DNA from: Bacilli bacterium
Lineage (GTDB): Bacteria; Bacillota_I; Bacilli_A; RFN20; UBA1709
Direction of reading: 5' to 3'
DNA length: 64,000 nucleotides
Assembly: GCA_034115825.1 (NCBI GenBank)
Contig: JAXESU010000004.1
Location: forward strand, 205,237 to 269,236
Shown here: positions 29,957 through 40,909 of the stretch, piece by piece
Numbering within the stretch: the stretch's first letter is position 1
Layout: each line of letters starts with the position of its first letter
The notes under the pieces: model-generated
Seen by the model: only the letters and a program-made list of their open reading frames with translations
Databases searched by the model: none
Told to the model about the DNA's origin: nothing
Made by a program: the position numbers and the translations under genes

Positions 29957-30643
29957 ATGAAAAAAAGATATTTATTAGCCGCTTTATTATGTGGATTAGT
30001 TTTAACTGCTTGTGGTCCAAAAGACACTACTTCATCAAGTAATCCAAATTCAAGTACTCCTGATTCTAGTACTCCAGATTCTAGCACACCTTCAACTAGT
30101 ACTCCAGATTCTAGTACTCCTGAAGTTGATGTTGAATTATTCACAACTATTGACTGGGCAACAAAAAATTCTGAAGGATTCGATTCATACACAGTTCCTG
30201 AAATTAATGTTACTAACACTGATGGTTCTACAGTAGTTGTTAAAAAGAACTCTGCTTGTTATCAAGCTAAATTCAATGCTGATGATTCAATTGGTGCAAC
30301 TATGGCAATGAATTTCTATGCTAAAGCTCCAGAAGCAACATACCTTGAATTTGATATGGGCGAAAATGTTGTTAAACAAATGGACGTAGATTTTAGAGTA
30401 TGGAGTGAAAAAGATTTAGAACAAATGGCTAACAATTTCTTAAGTTTAGCAATCCAACAATGGGTTGATGATGCTTGGGTTGAAGTAGTTAGTGTTACTT
30501 TAGAAGAATTATCTGCTGCTGAATATACAAATAAATCAGTTGAATTAAATTCATCAAAGATTAGATTCTACGGCGAGAAAAAACCTGATGCTAATACAAC
30601 AAACGCACGTTTAGTTGTTGATAATATCAAGTTATATAAATAA
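29957..30643 (+). CDS. Lipoprotein with a Ser/Thr/Pro-rich repeat linker
   Basis: 228 aa. Signal peptide with lipobox LTAC. (S)STPDS repeats. Globular C-terminal domain. Confidence 0.5.
   Translation: MKKRYLLAALLCGLVLTACGPKDTTSSSNPNSSTPDSSTPDSSTPSTSTPDSSTPEVDVELFTTIDWATKNSEGFDSYTVPEINVTNTDGSTVVVKKNSACYQAKFNADDSIGATMAMNFYAKAPEATYLEFDMGENVVKQMDVDFRVWSEKDLEQMANNFLSLAIQQWVDDAWVEVVSVTLEELSAAEYTNKSVELNSSKIRFYGEKKPDANTTNARLVVDNIKLYK
30053..30122 (+). repeat. 15-nt in-frame tandem repeat (AGTACTCCwGATTCT, about 4.5 copies) encoding the TPDSS linker
   Basis: Read directly from the sequence. Copies are near-identical with one degenerate unit. Confidence 0.6.
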
Positions 30644-30682
30644 TTAACCAAAAATAAAAACTCTAGGAAAACCTAGAGTTTT

Positions 30683-31318
30683 TTATTTACTAGCTTCTTT
30701 AAAAATTTCTAATCCTTTAGTTGTTAAAGGATGTTCTAACATTTTTAAAATTACTTTATATGGAATAGTTGCAACATGTGCACCAGCATGTAAGGCTTCG
30801 TGAACATGATCTAAAGATCTAATTGATGCGGCAATAATTTCAGTATCAAAACCGTAAAGATCAAATAAATAACGAACTTCACTAATTAATTCAACGCCTG
30901 TTCCTTTAGTGATGTCATCTAATCTTCCCATAAATGGCGAAACATAAGTTGCACCACATTTAGCAGCTAAAATAGCTTGAGCAGGAGTAAAAATTAAAGT
31001 TACATTTGTTTTAATTCCTTCTTTACTTAGCATTTTAGTTAATTTCATACCTTCTAAAGTCATTGGAACCTTGATAACGATATTTTTATGCATTTTAGCG
31101 TATTCTTTAGCTTCTTTATACATATTAGTAGCGTTATCTTCTTTAACTTCGGCACTAATTGGGCCATCAATTAAAGTCGTAATTTCTTTAATTGTCGAAA
31201 CTAAATCTCTTCCTTCTTTAGCAATTAATGATGGATTAGTAGTTACTCCATCAACAAAAGGAAAACTACTTGCTTCTTTGATTTCATTTAAATTGGCAGT
31301 ATCAATAAAAATCTTCAT
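30683..31318 (-). CDS. Transaldolase / fructose-6-phosphate aldolase (short TalC/Fsa class)
   Basis: 211 aa. [15 protein letters not shown]...GVTTNPSLI. Catalytic Lys region VIKVPMT. Confidence 0.8.
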   Translation of the reverse strand: MKIFIDTANLNEIKEASSFPFVDGVTTNPSLIAKEGRDLVSTIKEITTLIDGPISAEVKEDNATNMYKEAKEYAKMHKNIVIKVPMTLEGMKLTKMLSKEGIKTNVTLIFTPAQAILAAKCGATYVSPFMGRLDDITKGTGVELISEVRYLFDLYGFDTEIIAASIRSLDHVHEALHAGAHVATIPYKVILKMLEHPLTTKGLEIFKEASK

Positions 31319-31575
31319 AAACTATTTTTCTCCCTTTCTTTTTTATAAGTTTTATAAAGTTTAGTAGCATGAATAATAATTAAGAAACTATTTAAAACCC
31401 ATGTTGATAACGAATTAATTAAAATTCCATAAACAACAAAGAAACTAGCTCCAATAACATTCACCATTCTAATTTTTCGTTCTCCATTTAATGAGAAAGA
31501 AATTAAAACTAGAAGTGTTGCTACTAATCCTATTATTTCATAAACATTAAAATTTGCAACAAATTGTTCAATCAA
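31315..31575 (-). CDS. Small membrane protein
   Basis: 86 aa with two hydrophobic helices. Overlaps the neighbouring gene by 4 nt. Confidence 0.3.
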   Translation of the reverse strand: MIEQFVANFNVYEIIGLVATLLVLISFSLNGERKIRMVNVIGASFFVVYGILINSLSTWVLNSFLIIIHATKLYKTYKKEREKNSL

Positions 31576-31585
31576 TTTTCTTTCC

Positions 31586-31930
31586 TCACTTTAAAATTGT
31601 TCGAGTAGCTATAACATCTACTCCTAAGTTTAAAACATTTTTGATTATAACATCGTGCATTTTAATTGGTGCTTTACAAACAACTTTATTTATTTCATCC
31701 ATAACATCAAACATTTTTTCTTTGGGAATATCTCCACTTGTTTTAACAGGTAAACGATTAATACTCGATGAAATAATTTTAACCGTTGAAGTTATATTAC
31801 GCATTGGGTGAGTTACTTCATCTAAAGCATATTTTTCTCCACGTTTACAAGTATTACCACTTACTTTTAAATCATCACTAACTTTTAAACGACATCCTTT
31901 AGGACAAATAATACAAACAAATTCTTTCAT
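31586..31930 (-). CDS. DUF1667-like small Cys-containing protein (third gene of a GlpA-like cluster)
   Basis: 114 aa. CIICPKGC motif at the N-terminus. Conserved position after the two oxidoreductases. Confidence 0.5.
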   Translation of the reverse strand: MKEFVCIICPKGCRLKVSDDLKVSGNTCKRGEKYALDEVTHPMRNITSTVKIISSSINRLPVKTSGDIPKEKMFDVMDEINKVVCKAPIKMHDVIIKNVLNLGVDVIATRTILK

Positions 31931-31934
31931 TTAC

Positions 31935-33191
31935 TTATCCCTCCACTACTTCAAAAGATAATACACCGACATTATCTTTGAATAAATCTTTACTTATGTC
32001 AATGCTTTCCATTTCAGCTGGTAGCATATGTGGTTTAAACACTTTTTTAACTTCCTGATCATTAAATTTAACGACAATACGCGAATTACTAAAAGGTTTA
32101 CGAACTCTAAAATTAAAGGTTACTTTATCTTTAACATTAATTAAACGAATGCGTGATGGAACAGTATAGGCAATACCATTTTTAGCAACACATTCAATAT
32201 AATTATTATCTTTGACTAAATTTCCTTTTAAATATTCACTACATGCTTTACCTGCTCTTCTTCCTTCATTGGTGACAAAATCAACTAAGTCATGAACATG
32301 AAGAACATTACCACAGGCAAAGATTCCTTCAATATCACATTCAAGCGATTCATTAACTAATGCTCCTCTTGTAGTACTATTTTGTCTTACCCCTAAATTA
32401 TCTAATAATTCATTCGAAGGAATAAGGCCAACAGAAAGAAGTAATGTGTCTACATCAAAGACTTTTTCGGTTCCTTTAATCGGTTGAAATTTATCATCAA
32501 CTTGACTAATTTCAATTTGCTCTAAATGACCTTTACCTTTAATATTTGTTACCGTATGTGATAAATATAATGGAATATCAAAATCATTTAAACATTGAGC
32601 AATATTACGACTTAAACCATTTGAATAAGGCATAAGTTCGGCAACACCTAATACTTTAGCTCCTTCTAAAGTCATTCTTCGAGCCATGATTAAACCAATA
32701 TCACCACTACCAAGAATAAAAACTTTTTTACCAACTAAATAACCATCAATATTTAAATATTTTTGAGCAAGTCCAGCAGTCATAACCCCACTTGGACGAT
32801 CTCCAGGAATTGAAATTGCTCCACGATTTCGTTCACGACAACCAGTTGCTAAAATAATGCTTTTAGCTTTAACAACTTGATAGCCTTCTAAACTATTAGC
32901 GTAATAAACTTCTTTATTTTGACTAATCGATAAAACAACTGTATTAAGTTTATATTCAATTCCCAATTCATTTATCTTATTAGCAAAGCGTTCGGCATAT
33001 TCTGGGCCACTTAATTGTTCTTTAAATTCTTGAAGGCCAAAACCGGTATGAATACATTGAAGTAAAATACCTCCAAGTGCTTCATCACGTTCTAAAATTA
33101 AAATATTTTTAATACCGTTTTGATAAGCTTCAATAGCACTAGCCATACCACCACTTCCACCACCAATGACGACTAAATCATATTCTTTCAT
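31935..33191 (-). CDS. NAD(P)/FAD-dependent pyridine nucleotide-disulfide oxidoreductase
   Basis: 418 aa. GGGSGG dinucleotide motif at the N-terminus and a second GSGDIG motif. Confidence 0.7.
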   Translation of the reverse strand: MKEYDLVVIGGGSGGMASAIEAYQNGIKNILILERDEALGGILLQCIHTGFGLQEFKEQLSGPEYAERFANKINELGIEYKLNTVVLSISQNKEVYYANSLEGYQVVKAKSIILATGCRERNRGAISIPGDRPSGVMTAGLAQKYLNIDGYLVGKKVFILGSGDIGLIMARRMTLEGAKVLGVAELMPYSNGLSRNIAQCLNDFDIPLYLSHTVTNIKGKGHLEQIEISQVDDKFQPIKGTEKVFDVDTLLLSVGLIPSNELLDNLGVRQNSTTRGALVNESLECDIEGIFACGNVLHVHDLVDFVTNEGRRAGKACSEYLKGNLVKDNNYIECVAKNGIAYTVPSRIRLINVKDKVTFNFRVRKPFSNSRIVVKFNDQEVKKVFKPHMLPAEMESIDISKDLFKDNVGVLSFEVVEG

Positions 33192-33193
33192 TG

Positions 33194-34627
33194 TTATTGT
33201 CCCTCCTTGGTAGTGAATCGTAAAATATTCGAATCTTTACGACCTAATAAAATTTCTTTTTCATCTTTATGAAGTTCTCTTGCTAAAATTTTAACAACTA
33301 AACTCTCACAAAATCCACCTTGGCATTTACCAAATCCCGGACGAACACGTTTTTTAACCCCGCGAACAGTTGTTGCTCCGCAAGGTCGATGAATTGCATC
33401 TAAAATTTCGCCTTCACTAATTTTTTCACAACGGCAAATTAAATGAGCAAAACGATGATCTAATTGATAATATTTATTTTTTTCTTCTTCACTTAAATTA
33501 CCAAGTTTAACAAACGGTCTTCTTGTTGGATTAAAATTCTTTTTCTTTTGAAGGTCATTGTTTCTTTTAATTAAATCAACAACATATAATGCTATTGCAT
33601 AAGATGAAGCAAGACCCGGAGATTGAATACCGGTTACGTGATAAAAATTAGCATTATTTTGATCTTCTTCAATAATAAAATCATTTGTTTGTGATACTGC
33701 ACGATTACCAGCAAACGAACGAATTATTTGATTAAAAGGAATATTTTTAACAACTTTATTAACTCCTAAACGAACATTATCTAAAGTATCTTTATCAGTT
33801 GAATAATCATCAATATTATCAACAAATTCACTTGATGGACCTAACAAATAGTTTCCATGAGTTGTTGGCGTAACTAATATCCCTTTTCCTTTACTTGTTG
33901 GAAGTGGGAAAATCGTATGAGTAACAAAAGGAGTTTTAAAGTGATCTAAAACAAAATATTCACCTTTACGAGGTTTAATTTTAATTTCAGTATTACCAAT
34001 CATTTTAGCGATTTTCTCACCATTCAAACCCGAAGCATTAATTACCATCTTTGTTTGATAACAATCTTTTGTTGTTTTAACAACATAAAAACCATTATCA
34101 TTTTGAATATCAATTACTTCTTCATCCAAATGAAGTTTAACCCCATTTTCAATCGCATTTTCCATTAAGGCAACACAATATTCAAATGGATTAACAATTC
34201 CACATGTTGGGGCTAATAAACCATATTTAATATCATCTTGAATAAATGGCTCAATTTTTAAAAGTTCTTCGCGATTTAAAATCGTTGTTTGAACTCCATT
34301 AAGTTCACCATTACGTCGCATTTCTTTAAGTGTTTCTAAATCACTTTCATTACTAGCAACAGTAATACTTCCAATTCGTTTAAAATCAAACCCTAATTCT
34401 AAACTTAACTTATCAAATAAACTATTCCCTAACACATTTAATTTAGCTTTTAAGGTATTAGGGTGTGGATCATAACCACTATGAACAATCGCGCTATTAG
34501 CCATTGAAGTAACTTCACAAACATCTTCTTCTTTTTCAATAACTAAAGTATTTAATTGATAAGACGATAATTCACGAGCAATACTACTTCCAATAACCCC
34601 TGCTCCAATAATTATTACATCTAACAT
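33194..34627 (-). CDS. FAD-dependent glycerol-3-phosphate dehydrogenase/oxidase-like enzyme with a C-terminal BFD-like [2Fe-2S] domain
   Basis: 477 aa. IIGAGVIGSSIA FAD motif. C-terminal CRCEKISEGEI...GKCQGGFC. Confidence 0.7.
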   Translation of the reverse strand: MLDVIIIGAGVIGSSIARELSSYQLNTLVIEKEEDVCEVTSMANSAIVHSGYDPHPNTLKAKLNVLGNSLFDKLSLELGFDFKRIGSITVASNESDLETLKEMRRNGELNGVQTTILNREELLKIEPFIQDDIKYGLLAPTCGIVNPFEYCVALMENAIENGVKLHLDEEVIDIQNDNGFYVVKTTKDCYQTKMVINASGLNGEKIAKMIGNTEIKIKPRKGEYFVLDHFKTPFVTHTIFPLPTSKGKGILVTPTTHGNYLLGPSSEFVDNIDDYSTDKDTLDNVRLGVNKVVKNIPFNQIIRSFAGNRAVSQTNDFIIEEDQNNANFYHVTGIQSPGLASSYAIALYVVDLIKRNNDLQKKKNFNPTRRPFVKLGNLSEEEKNKYYQLDHRFAHLICRCEKISEGEILDAIHRPCGATTVRGVKKRVRPGFGKCQGGFCESLVVKILARELHKDEKEILLGRKDSNILRFTTKEGQ

Positions 34628-34638
34628 TTTTATCCCCC

Positions 34639-36135
34639 CTACTTAAATGTTTGGGTTGCTTTAACTGCCTTTTTCCAACCATCGTATAATTTGTTTATTT
34701 CAGCTTCTGGCATTGTTGGATAATAATCTTTACCTATTCGATGACATTTTTTAATATCATTGATGTCTTTATAAAAACCAATTGCGAGTCCTGCTAAATA
34801 TGCTGCGCCTAACGCTGTTGTTTCACTTACACATGGTAACTTTACTTCAACATTTAAGATGTCACTTTGAAATTGCATTAAGAAATTATTACTAGTAGCT
34901 CCTCCATCAACGTATAAACATTTTAAAGGAATTTTAGCTTCTTCTAGCATAACATTCATTACATCTTTACTTTGATAGGCAATCGACTCTAAAACGGCAC
35001 GAATTAAATGCTCTTTACTAGTTCCTCTTGTAAGACCAAAAATAGCACCACGAGCATCATTATCCCAATAAGGTGTTCCTAAACCAACAAAAGCTGGAAC
35101 AATATAAACGCCATTACTATCTTTAACTCTAATAGCATATTGTTCACTATCTTTTGCGTCTTTAATCATTCGTAAACCATCTCTAATCCATTGAACAACA
35201 CTACCACCAATAAAAACCGATCCTTCTAACGCATAAGTAACTTTACCATTAAGTCCCCAAGCAATTGTTGTTAATAAACCATTATTTGAATAAACTGGTT
35301 TATCTCCGGTATTCATAAGCATAAAACAGCCTGTTCCATAGGTGTTTTTGGCTTCTCCAACTTCATAACAACATTGACCGAAAAGGGCCGCTTGTTGGTC
35401 ACCAGCAATTCCGGTAATTGGAATATGATATGGTGTTTTAAATGGTGAAAATTGTTCAGCATAACCATAGATTTCACTTGATGATTTAACATCTGGTAAC
35501 ATACTTCGCTTAATCCCAAAGATTTGTAATAACTCATCATCCCAATCAAGCGTATTAATGTTAAATAACATTGTTCTTGAAGCATTAGTATAATCAGTAA
35601 CATGGACTTTACCATTAGTTAATTTATAAATTAACCATGTATCAATCGTTCCAAATAATAAACGATCTTCATCTAATAACTGTTTAGCTTTAGGGACATT
35701 ATCTAAAATCCATTTAATTTTAGTCGCACTAAAATATGGATTAATGATTAATCCTGTTTTTTGGTGAACTATATCACTATAGCCTTTTTTAATTAGATTA
35801 TCAGCGATTTCTTGACTTTGACGTGATTGCCACACAATCGCATTATAAACGGGTTCTTTAGTTACTTTATCAAATAAAACAGTTGTTTCACGTTGATTAG
35901 TTATCCCAATGGCAGCAATTTGTTTAATATCTATTCCTGTTTTGATTAATAAAGATGAAATAACATCAACAATTGACGACCATATTTCAAGCGGATCATG
36001 TTCGACCCATCCAGGATGTTGAAAAATCTGAGGAAATTCTTTTTGGGCCATACCAACATTATTACCTTCTTTATCAAAAAGAATAGCACGAGAGCTAGTT
36101 GTCCCTTGATCTAAAGCTAAAATATATTTTTTCAT
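34639..36135 (-). CDS. glpK: Glycerol kinase
   Basis: 498 aa. [15 protein letters not shown] and FGGS sugar-kinase motifs. Confidence 0.9.
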   Translation of the reverse strand: MKKYILALDQGTTSSRAILFDKEGNNVGMAQKEFPQIFQHPGWVEHDPLEIWSSIVDVISSLLIKTGIDIKQIAAIGITNQRETTVLFDKVTKEPVYNAIVWQSRQSQEIADNLIKKGYSDIVHQKTGLIINPYFSATKIKWILDNVPKAKQLLDEDRLLFGTIDTWLIYKLTNGKVHVTDYTNASRTMLFNINTLDWDDELLQIFGIKRSMLPDVKSSSEIYGYAEQFSPFKTPYHIPITGIAGDQQAALFGQCCYEVGEAKNTYGTGCFMLMNTGDKPVYSNNGLLTTIAWGLNGKVTYALEGSVFIGGSVVQWIRDGLRMIKDAKDSEQYAIRVKDSNGVYIVPAFVGLGTPYWDNDARGAIFGLTRGTSKEHLIRAVLESIAYQSKDVMNVMLEEAKIPLKCLYVDGGATSNNFLMQFQSDILNVEVKLPCVSETTALGAAYLAGLAIGFYKDINDIKKCHRIGKDYYPTMPEAEINKLYDGWKKAVKATQTFK

Positions 36136-36221
36136 TTTGTTTCACCTACTTAATAAAAGTATAGCACAAAAAAACCTTAGTATAAACTAAGGTTTAAAAA
36201 TATTTACATTCCAACTGACAT

Positions 36222-37142
36222 TTATAAATAATTATTGAAAAATTCTTTGATTTTTTGGTTATAAAAAGACTCACTTTTTTCTTGATATTCACTATAGGAT
36301 GTAAAAGTTTTGTTTAAATATGGATAATCTTGATAATATGAACCGACTACTTTTACACTATCATCATCATTAAAAACAAATTGGTCATTAAAATAAATGG
36401 CAAAGTCTTTACATTCACCTTGTTCATAGTAAACAATCGCCGGAATCCTTCCACCATTATAACTATAAAAACCATATTTCTTACAGAAAGCTTCCCAAAT
36501 TTCTGGATGTTCTTCTTTATCTTTTCGTACTTCATCAGTTTCTACATAATAAAACTTCTTTTTATTCTCTTTTAGAAAATCACTTAAAAAAGCATCATTC
36601 ATGTAACTACAATCACCACATGATTTCCAACCGAAATAAACAACCATTGATTCTTTATTATTTAAATGAGTATCTAATTGATCAAAAGTTAAATTATACA
36701 TTGTCGGTTTAATAAAATATTTATCCATAAAGCTATTAAATTCCTCACTTTTATTAAAAATATCTTTATATTTTGAGTATGTAAAAACTTTATCCAATTC
36801 ACCATTACGATAAATAACCATAATTGGCGCACGATTAGGTACACTACTTTCAACTACCATTAAATCTGATAAAAAAGTTTTATATAAAACAACTTGATTT
36901 TCACTAATATAACTATTGTAGATTTTTTCAAAACTTTTACAGTATTGACATGTTGGTAAATAACCAAAAAGCAAGAATGAATCTCCACTATTCTTTTTAG
37001 CCTTTATTTCATCAGGATATAAATCAATTGCTTCATTTATCCCTTCTTGACCTTCTAATAGAATTTTTTCTTTATTTTGATTACAGCTAGTAAAACCAAA
37101 CAAAGAAAAAATCATTATAAACATAAGAAAAAACTTTTTCAT
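36222..37142 (-). CDS. Lipoprotein with two thioredoxin-like CxxC motifs (putative thiol-disulfide oxidoreductase)
   Basis: 306 aa. Lipobox FTSC. CQYC and CGDC motifs in two repeated halves. Confidence 0.45.
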   Translation of the reverse strand: MKKFFLMFIMIFSLFGFTSCNQNKEKILLEGQEGINEAIDLYPDEIKAKKNSGDSFLLFGYLPTCQYCKSFEKIYNSYISENQVVLYKTFLSDLMVVESSVPNRAPIMVIYRNGELDKVFTYSKYKDIFNKSEEFNSFMDKYFIKPTMYNLTFDQLDTHLNNKESMVVYFGWKSCGDCSYMNDAFLSDFLKENKKKFYYVETDEVRKDKEEHPEIWEAFCKKYGFYSYNGGRIPAIVYYEQGECKDFAIYFNDQFVFNDDDSVKVVGSYYQDYPYLNKTFTSYSEYQEKSESFYNQKIKEFFNNYL

Positions 37143-38738
37143 CTATAAAACCTCCTTGTATTTTTCACATATTTTTCGAGCTACTCTTATTCCATCTAAA
37201 GCGCTAGTTGTTATTCCGCCACTATAACCAGCGCCTTCACCAATTGGATAAATATTTTGATGCGAAATAGATTGATATGAAGAGTCACGAACAATTCGGA
37301 TTGGTGATGATGAACGTGATTCAATTCCATAAAGAAGCGCATTATTAATAAAGCCATTAACTTTACGATCAATTTTCATAATTCCTTCTTTTAATGAGTT
37401 AGTAATAAAATAAGGTAAACATTCATTTAAATTAACCATTTTTAAAGGCATTTGACAATTGGATTTATAAGGTAAAGCTGTTGATGTTTTATCACTTAAA
37501 AAATCAACTACTGTTTGTACTCCTAAATGATAAGACTTTGTTAATGAATATGCAAGACGTTCATACTTTTGTTGAAAATAAATTCCGGCAAGAGGATGAC
37601 TACTTTCAAAATCACTTGTCTCAACATTTACTAATAAAGCGCTATTAGCAAACTTCGAATCTCGCTTATAATAGGACATCCCATTAGTAACATTTCCTAA
37701 AAATTCACTCGATGAAGCCATTATTTCACCACCAGGACACATACAAAAGCTATAAACATGACGATTATTGTCAAGATGTTCAACAAATTTATATTCAGCA
37801 GCTGGTAAATCTTCTTTAAATTTTCCATATTGAAATTCATTAACAAATGATTGAAGGTGCTCAATTCTAACACCCATGGCAAATGATTTTTGTTCAATAT
37901 GAACATTATGTTGATAAAGCATTTCAAATGTATCACGGGCACTATGACCTAAAGCTAAGATTAAATCATTTGTCACAAATGACTTCATATTACCGTTATT
38001 TTCAATGCTAATAGTGATACTATTAGCATCATTATAATTAAAGTCAACTAATTTATGTTCAAAATAAATCTCCCCACCCAAGTTCATAATTTTAAAACGC
38101 ATATTTTTAACAACTTTACGTAAATTATCACTACCAACATGTGGATGGTTTAACGTTAAGATTTCTTTTGGAGCACCAAAATCAACAAATTCATTTAAAA
38201 GGACCCTTATTTGTTTATCATTTGATGAAGTCATTAATTTTCCATCACTAAAGGTACCTGCTCCACCTTCACCAAATTGAACATTTGATTCTAAATTTAA
38301 TTCTTGCTTTTTAAAAAACTGTTCAATGTCTTGAATACGATGGTCAACATCTTTCCCCCGTTCAAAAAGAAGGGGTTTAAGTCCTTGTTTAGCAAGATAA
38401 TAAGCGGCAAATAAACCACTTGGACCACTTCCAATAACGATTGGTCGATATTGTGAAGTTAAATTAGCAAATGGTAAACGTTCTTCAATTTCTTCTTCAC
38501 TAATTTCTTTTAAATTTTTACGTAATTTATGATTGTTTAAAATAACTTTTTCATTACCTTTAATATAAAAACTCTCAACATAAAAAATATCATTTTTATC
38601 ACGGGCATCGATTGATTTTTTAGCTAATTCAAAGGAATAAATGTCTTTTTCTTTTAAATTATACTTTTTTAAAAATTTTCGTTTGCTTTCTTCAATCGTC
38701 TCTTTAAGTTCAACGCGAAAATTATTGACTAAAAACAT
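37143..38738 (-). CDS. FAD-dependent protein (COG2509-like uncharacterised dehydrogenase)
   Basis: 531 aa. GSGPSGLFAAYYLA dinucleotide-binding motif. Confidence 0.55.
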   Translation of the reverse strand: MFLVNNFRVELKETIEESKRKFLKKYNLKEKDIYSFELAKKSIDARDKNDIFYVESFYIKGNEKVILNNHKLRKNLKEISEEEIEERLPFANLTSQYRPIVIGSGPSGLFAAYYLAKQGLKPLLFERGKDVDHRIQDIEQFFKKQELNLESNVQFGEGGAGTFSDGKLMTSSNDKQIRVLLNEFVDFGAPKEILTLNHPHVGSDNLRKVVKNMRFKIMNLGGEIYFEHKLVDFNYNDANSITISIENNGNMKSFVTNDLILALGHSARDTFEMLYQHNVHIEQKSFAMGVRIEHLQSFVNEFQYGKFKEDLPAAEYKFVEHLDNNRHVYSFCMCPGGEIMASSSEFLGNVTNGMSYYKRDSKFANSALLVNVETSDFESSHPLAGIYFQQKYERLAYSLTKSYHLGVQTVVDFLSDKTSTALPYKSNCQMPLKMVNLNECLPYFITNSLKEGIMKIDRKVNGFINNALLYGIESRSSSPIRIVRDSSYQSISHQNIYPIGEGAGYSGGITTSALDGIRVARKICEKYKEVL

Positions 38739-39883
38739 TATTTCATCCCTTTCAATTTTAAATATACTTTATACGCTGAAGAAAAAGCAAAATGAAGATT
38801 ATATCCTCCACATCGACCATCAACATCAAGCATTTCTCCCATGATAAATAAATTTTTATGAATTTTCGATTCTAAATCAATTGTTACTTCATTCAAATTA
38901 ATACCACCACTAACAACTTGATAAATATCACTATTCTTATTTAAATCAATTTTAAAAGTTAAATTCTTTAATAATTCAACCGTTTGATTTATATTAGTAA
39001 GATTACATCGACTCTTTAAATATTGTACAACTTCATCTTCAAGCAACCCCTTAAAAGGATATTTGCTACTTTTATACCGTTTTAACAACATTTTAAATAA
39101 ATCTTCTTTACTTAAATTATTAAATAAATCAACACTTAAAAGAGCTTTACTTATTTTTTCATTTAACACTTTTTTACGAGCATAAATTGACGATAACTCA
39201 AAAACTGCTATACCACTAAGAGAGTCATTTTTAAATAGTATTTCACCACTAGAAGTATATTTGTGATCATTAATCATTAAACTAACTGAACCTTTAACTT
39301 TACGACCATTTAATAATGGTATTCTTTCTTCAAGATAAAGTGGTGAAAGTGATGGATATAATTTTGTTAAATGATGATCTAAATTATTGACTAAGTTAAT
39401 ATTATTTAAACTTATATAATTATTTTTGCTTAGTCCTGCTTCACTACCTAGAGCTAAAACACACACATCAAAATATTCGTTATTAATAACATATTGTTGA
39501 TTAACAATCGTTATTTCTTTAACTTCACTATTATAATTTATTTGACAATTTAAATTATTGGTTAAGCCATCATAAATAATTTGCGTTTTTTCAAAATATG
39601 GATATAGACGTCCTTCTTCATCTTCTTTTATATTTACCCCTAGAACTTCTTCTAACTTTTTTGTATCTAATAAAGAAATAATATTTTTAACAAAAGAAGG
39701 ATTATTATACATCTTAGCATCCATATTAATATTAGAAACATTCCCACGACCATTACCTGACATTTTAACTTTTTTTAATAAACTATTAAAACGCTCATAA
39801 ATCGTAACGGTATGATTTGTATTAGTTAACATCTTTGCAAGGGCTACACCACTTGCACCACCACCAATAATTGCTATTTTCAT
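38738..39883 (-). CDS. HI0933/BaiN-like (aminoacetone-oxidase family) flavoprotein
   Basis: 381 aa. MKIAIIGGGASGVALAK. The stop overlaps the start of the upstream flavoprotein gene. Confidence 0.6.
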   Translation of the reverse strand: MKIAIIGGGASGVALAKMLTNTNHTVTIYERFNSLLKKVKMSGNGRGNVSNINMDAKMYNNPSFVKNIISLLDTKKLEEVLGVNIKEDEEGRLYPYFEKTQIIYDGLTNNLNCQINYNSEVKEITIVNQQYVINNEYFDVCVLALGSEAGLSKNNYISLNNINLVNNLDHHLTKLYPSLSPLYLEERIPLLNGRKVKGSVSLMINDHKYTSSGEILFKNDSLSGIAVFELSSIYARKKVLNEKISKALLSVDLFNNLSKEDLFKMLLKRYKSSKYPFKGLLEDEVVQYLKSRCNLTNINQTVELLKNLTFKIDLNKNSDIYQVVSGGINLNEVTIDLESKIHKNLFIMGEMLDVDGRCGGYNLHFAFSSAYKVYLKLKGMK

Positions 39884-39967
39884 TCATATCACCTTTTATA
39901 TTATATCTTTTTTATTTATTATTCGCAATTTTTGTGTTATAATTTTTAAACAAAGGGAGGTTTTTAT

Positions 39968-40816
39968 ATGGCTAAAATTGTAATCACCACAGATTCTACA
40001 TGTGCGATTTCACAAGAAGAAGCTAAATCACTAGGCATTTTTGTTTTACCACTTAACGTTATCGTTGATGGACAAGAATATCATGATGGTATTGATATAA
40101 ATAATGAACAACTTGCTAAATATATGCGTGGAGGAAGTGACATTAAAACTTCTACACCAACATTATTTGAAATGGAAAACTTTTTTGACAATGTTTTAAG
40201 TCAAGGTTATGATAAAGTAATTCACTTTACAATTTCTTCAAAATTAACATCTATTTTTAGTATGTTCACTGTTAATTGTAAAGAAAAATATGGTGATAAA
40301 GTTGTCATCATCGACACTTTAAGTGTTTGTTCATTTATGGGGAATATTGTCTTACACGCTAAAATGTTAGTTGATGAAGGTAAAGATGCTGATTATATTA
40401 TCAATGATGTTAAATCACATATCGGTGTTGAAGATATTTTCTTTGTTCCTGAAAGTTTAACTTTCTTAAAACGCGGAGGAAGAGTTTCTCCGACAGTTGC
40501 GGCTATTGGTAATATGTTAGGTATTAAACCTGTTTTACGTTTTGTTGATGGTGCCATTGATAAAGACGGAACAACTCGTGCTCTAAAAAAATATATTCCA
40601 ACAATTGTTGATTACTATAAATCAAAGAATTATAGTAGTGATGAATACGAAATTCATATCGTTGAATTCGATTGTGGTATTAACACTAAGTTATTATTAG
40701 AATATATCGAAAAAGAATTTAGTGGTTATACAATTAAAGTTACACCAATATCAATTAATGTTTGTGCCCATTGCGGTCCTGGTACTATTGGTATCGGTTT
40801 TACTAAAAAAGCTTAA
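39968..40816 (+). CDS. DegV-family protein (paralog 2)
   Basis: 282 aa. Same architecture as the gene at 12831-13679. Confidence 0.8.
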   Translation: MAKIVITTDSTCAISQEEAKSLGIFVLPLNVIVDGQEYHDGIDINNEQLAKYMRGGSDIKTSTPTLFEMENFFDNVLSQGYDKVIHFTISSKLTSIFSMFTVNCKEKYGDKVVIIDTLSVCSFMGNIVLHAKMLVDEGKDADYIINDVKSHIGVEDIFFVPESLTFLKRGGRVSPTVAAIGNMLGIKPVLRFVDGAIDKDGTTRALKKYIPTIVDYYKSKNYSSDEYEIHIVEFDCGINTKLLLEYIEKEFSGYTIKVTPISINVCAHCGPGTIGIGFTKKA

Positions 40817-40909
40817 TTTACTAAAACTCTAACTTTTCAGTTAGAGTTTTTTATTTTATCTTGCTTTATATTTAGAATAAATATAAAATCTAACTAAGGT
40901 GATAATTTT

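Noticed and set aside
29938-30236. Two small ORFs (93 aa minus, 74 aa plus) overlapping the lipoprotein gene
   Set aside because: They arise from the tandem-repeat region and are read out of frame. The plus-strand lipoprotein with signal peptide and lipobox is the real gene.
35313-35615. 100-aa minus-strand ORF nested in glpK
   Set aside because: Alternative frame within glpK, and the glpK frame has all kinase motifs.
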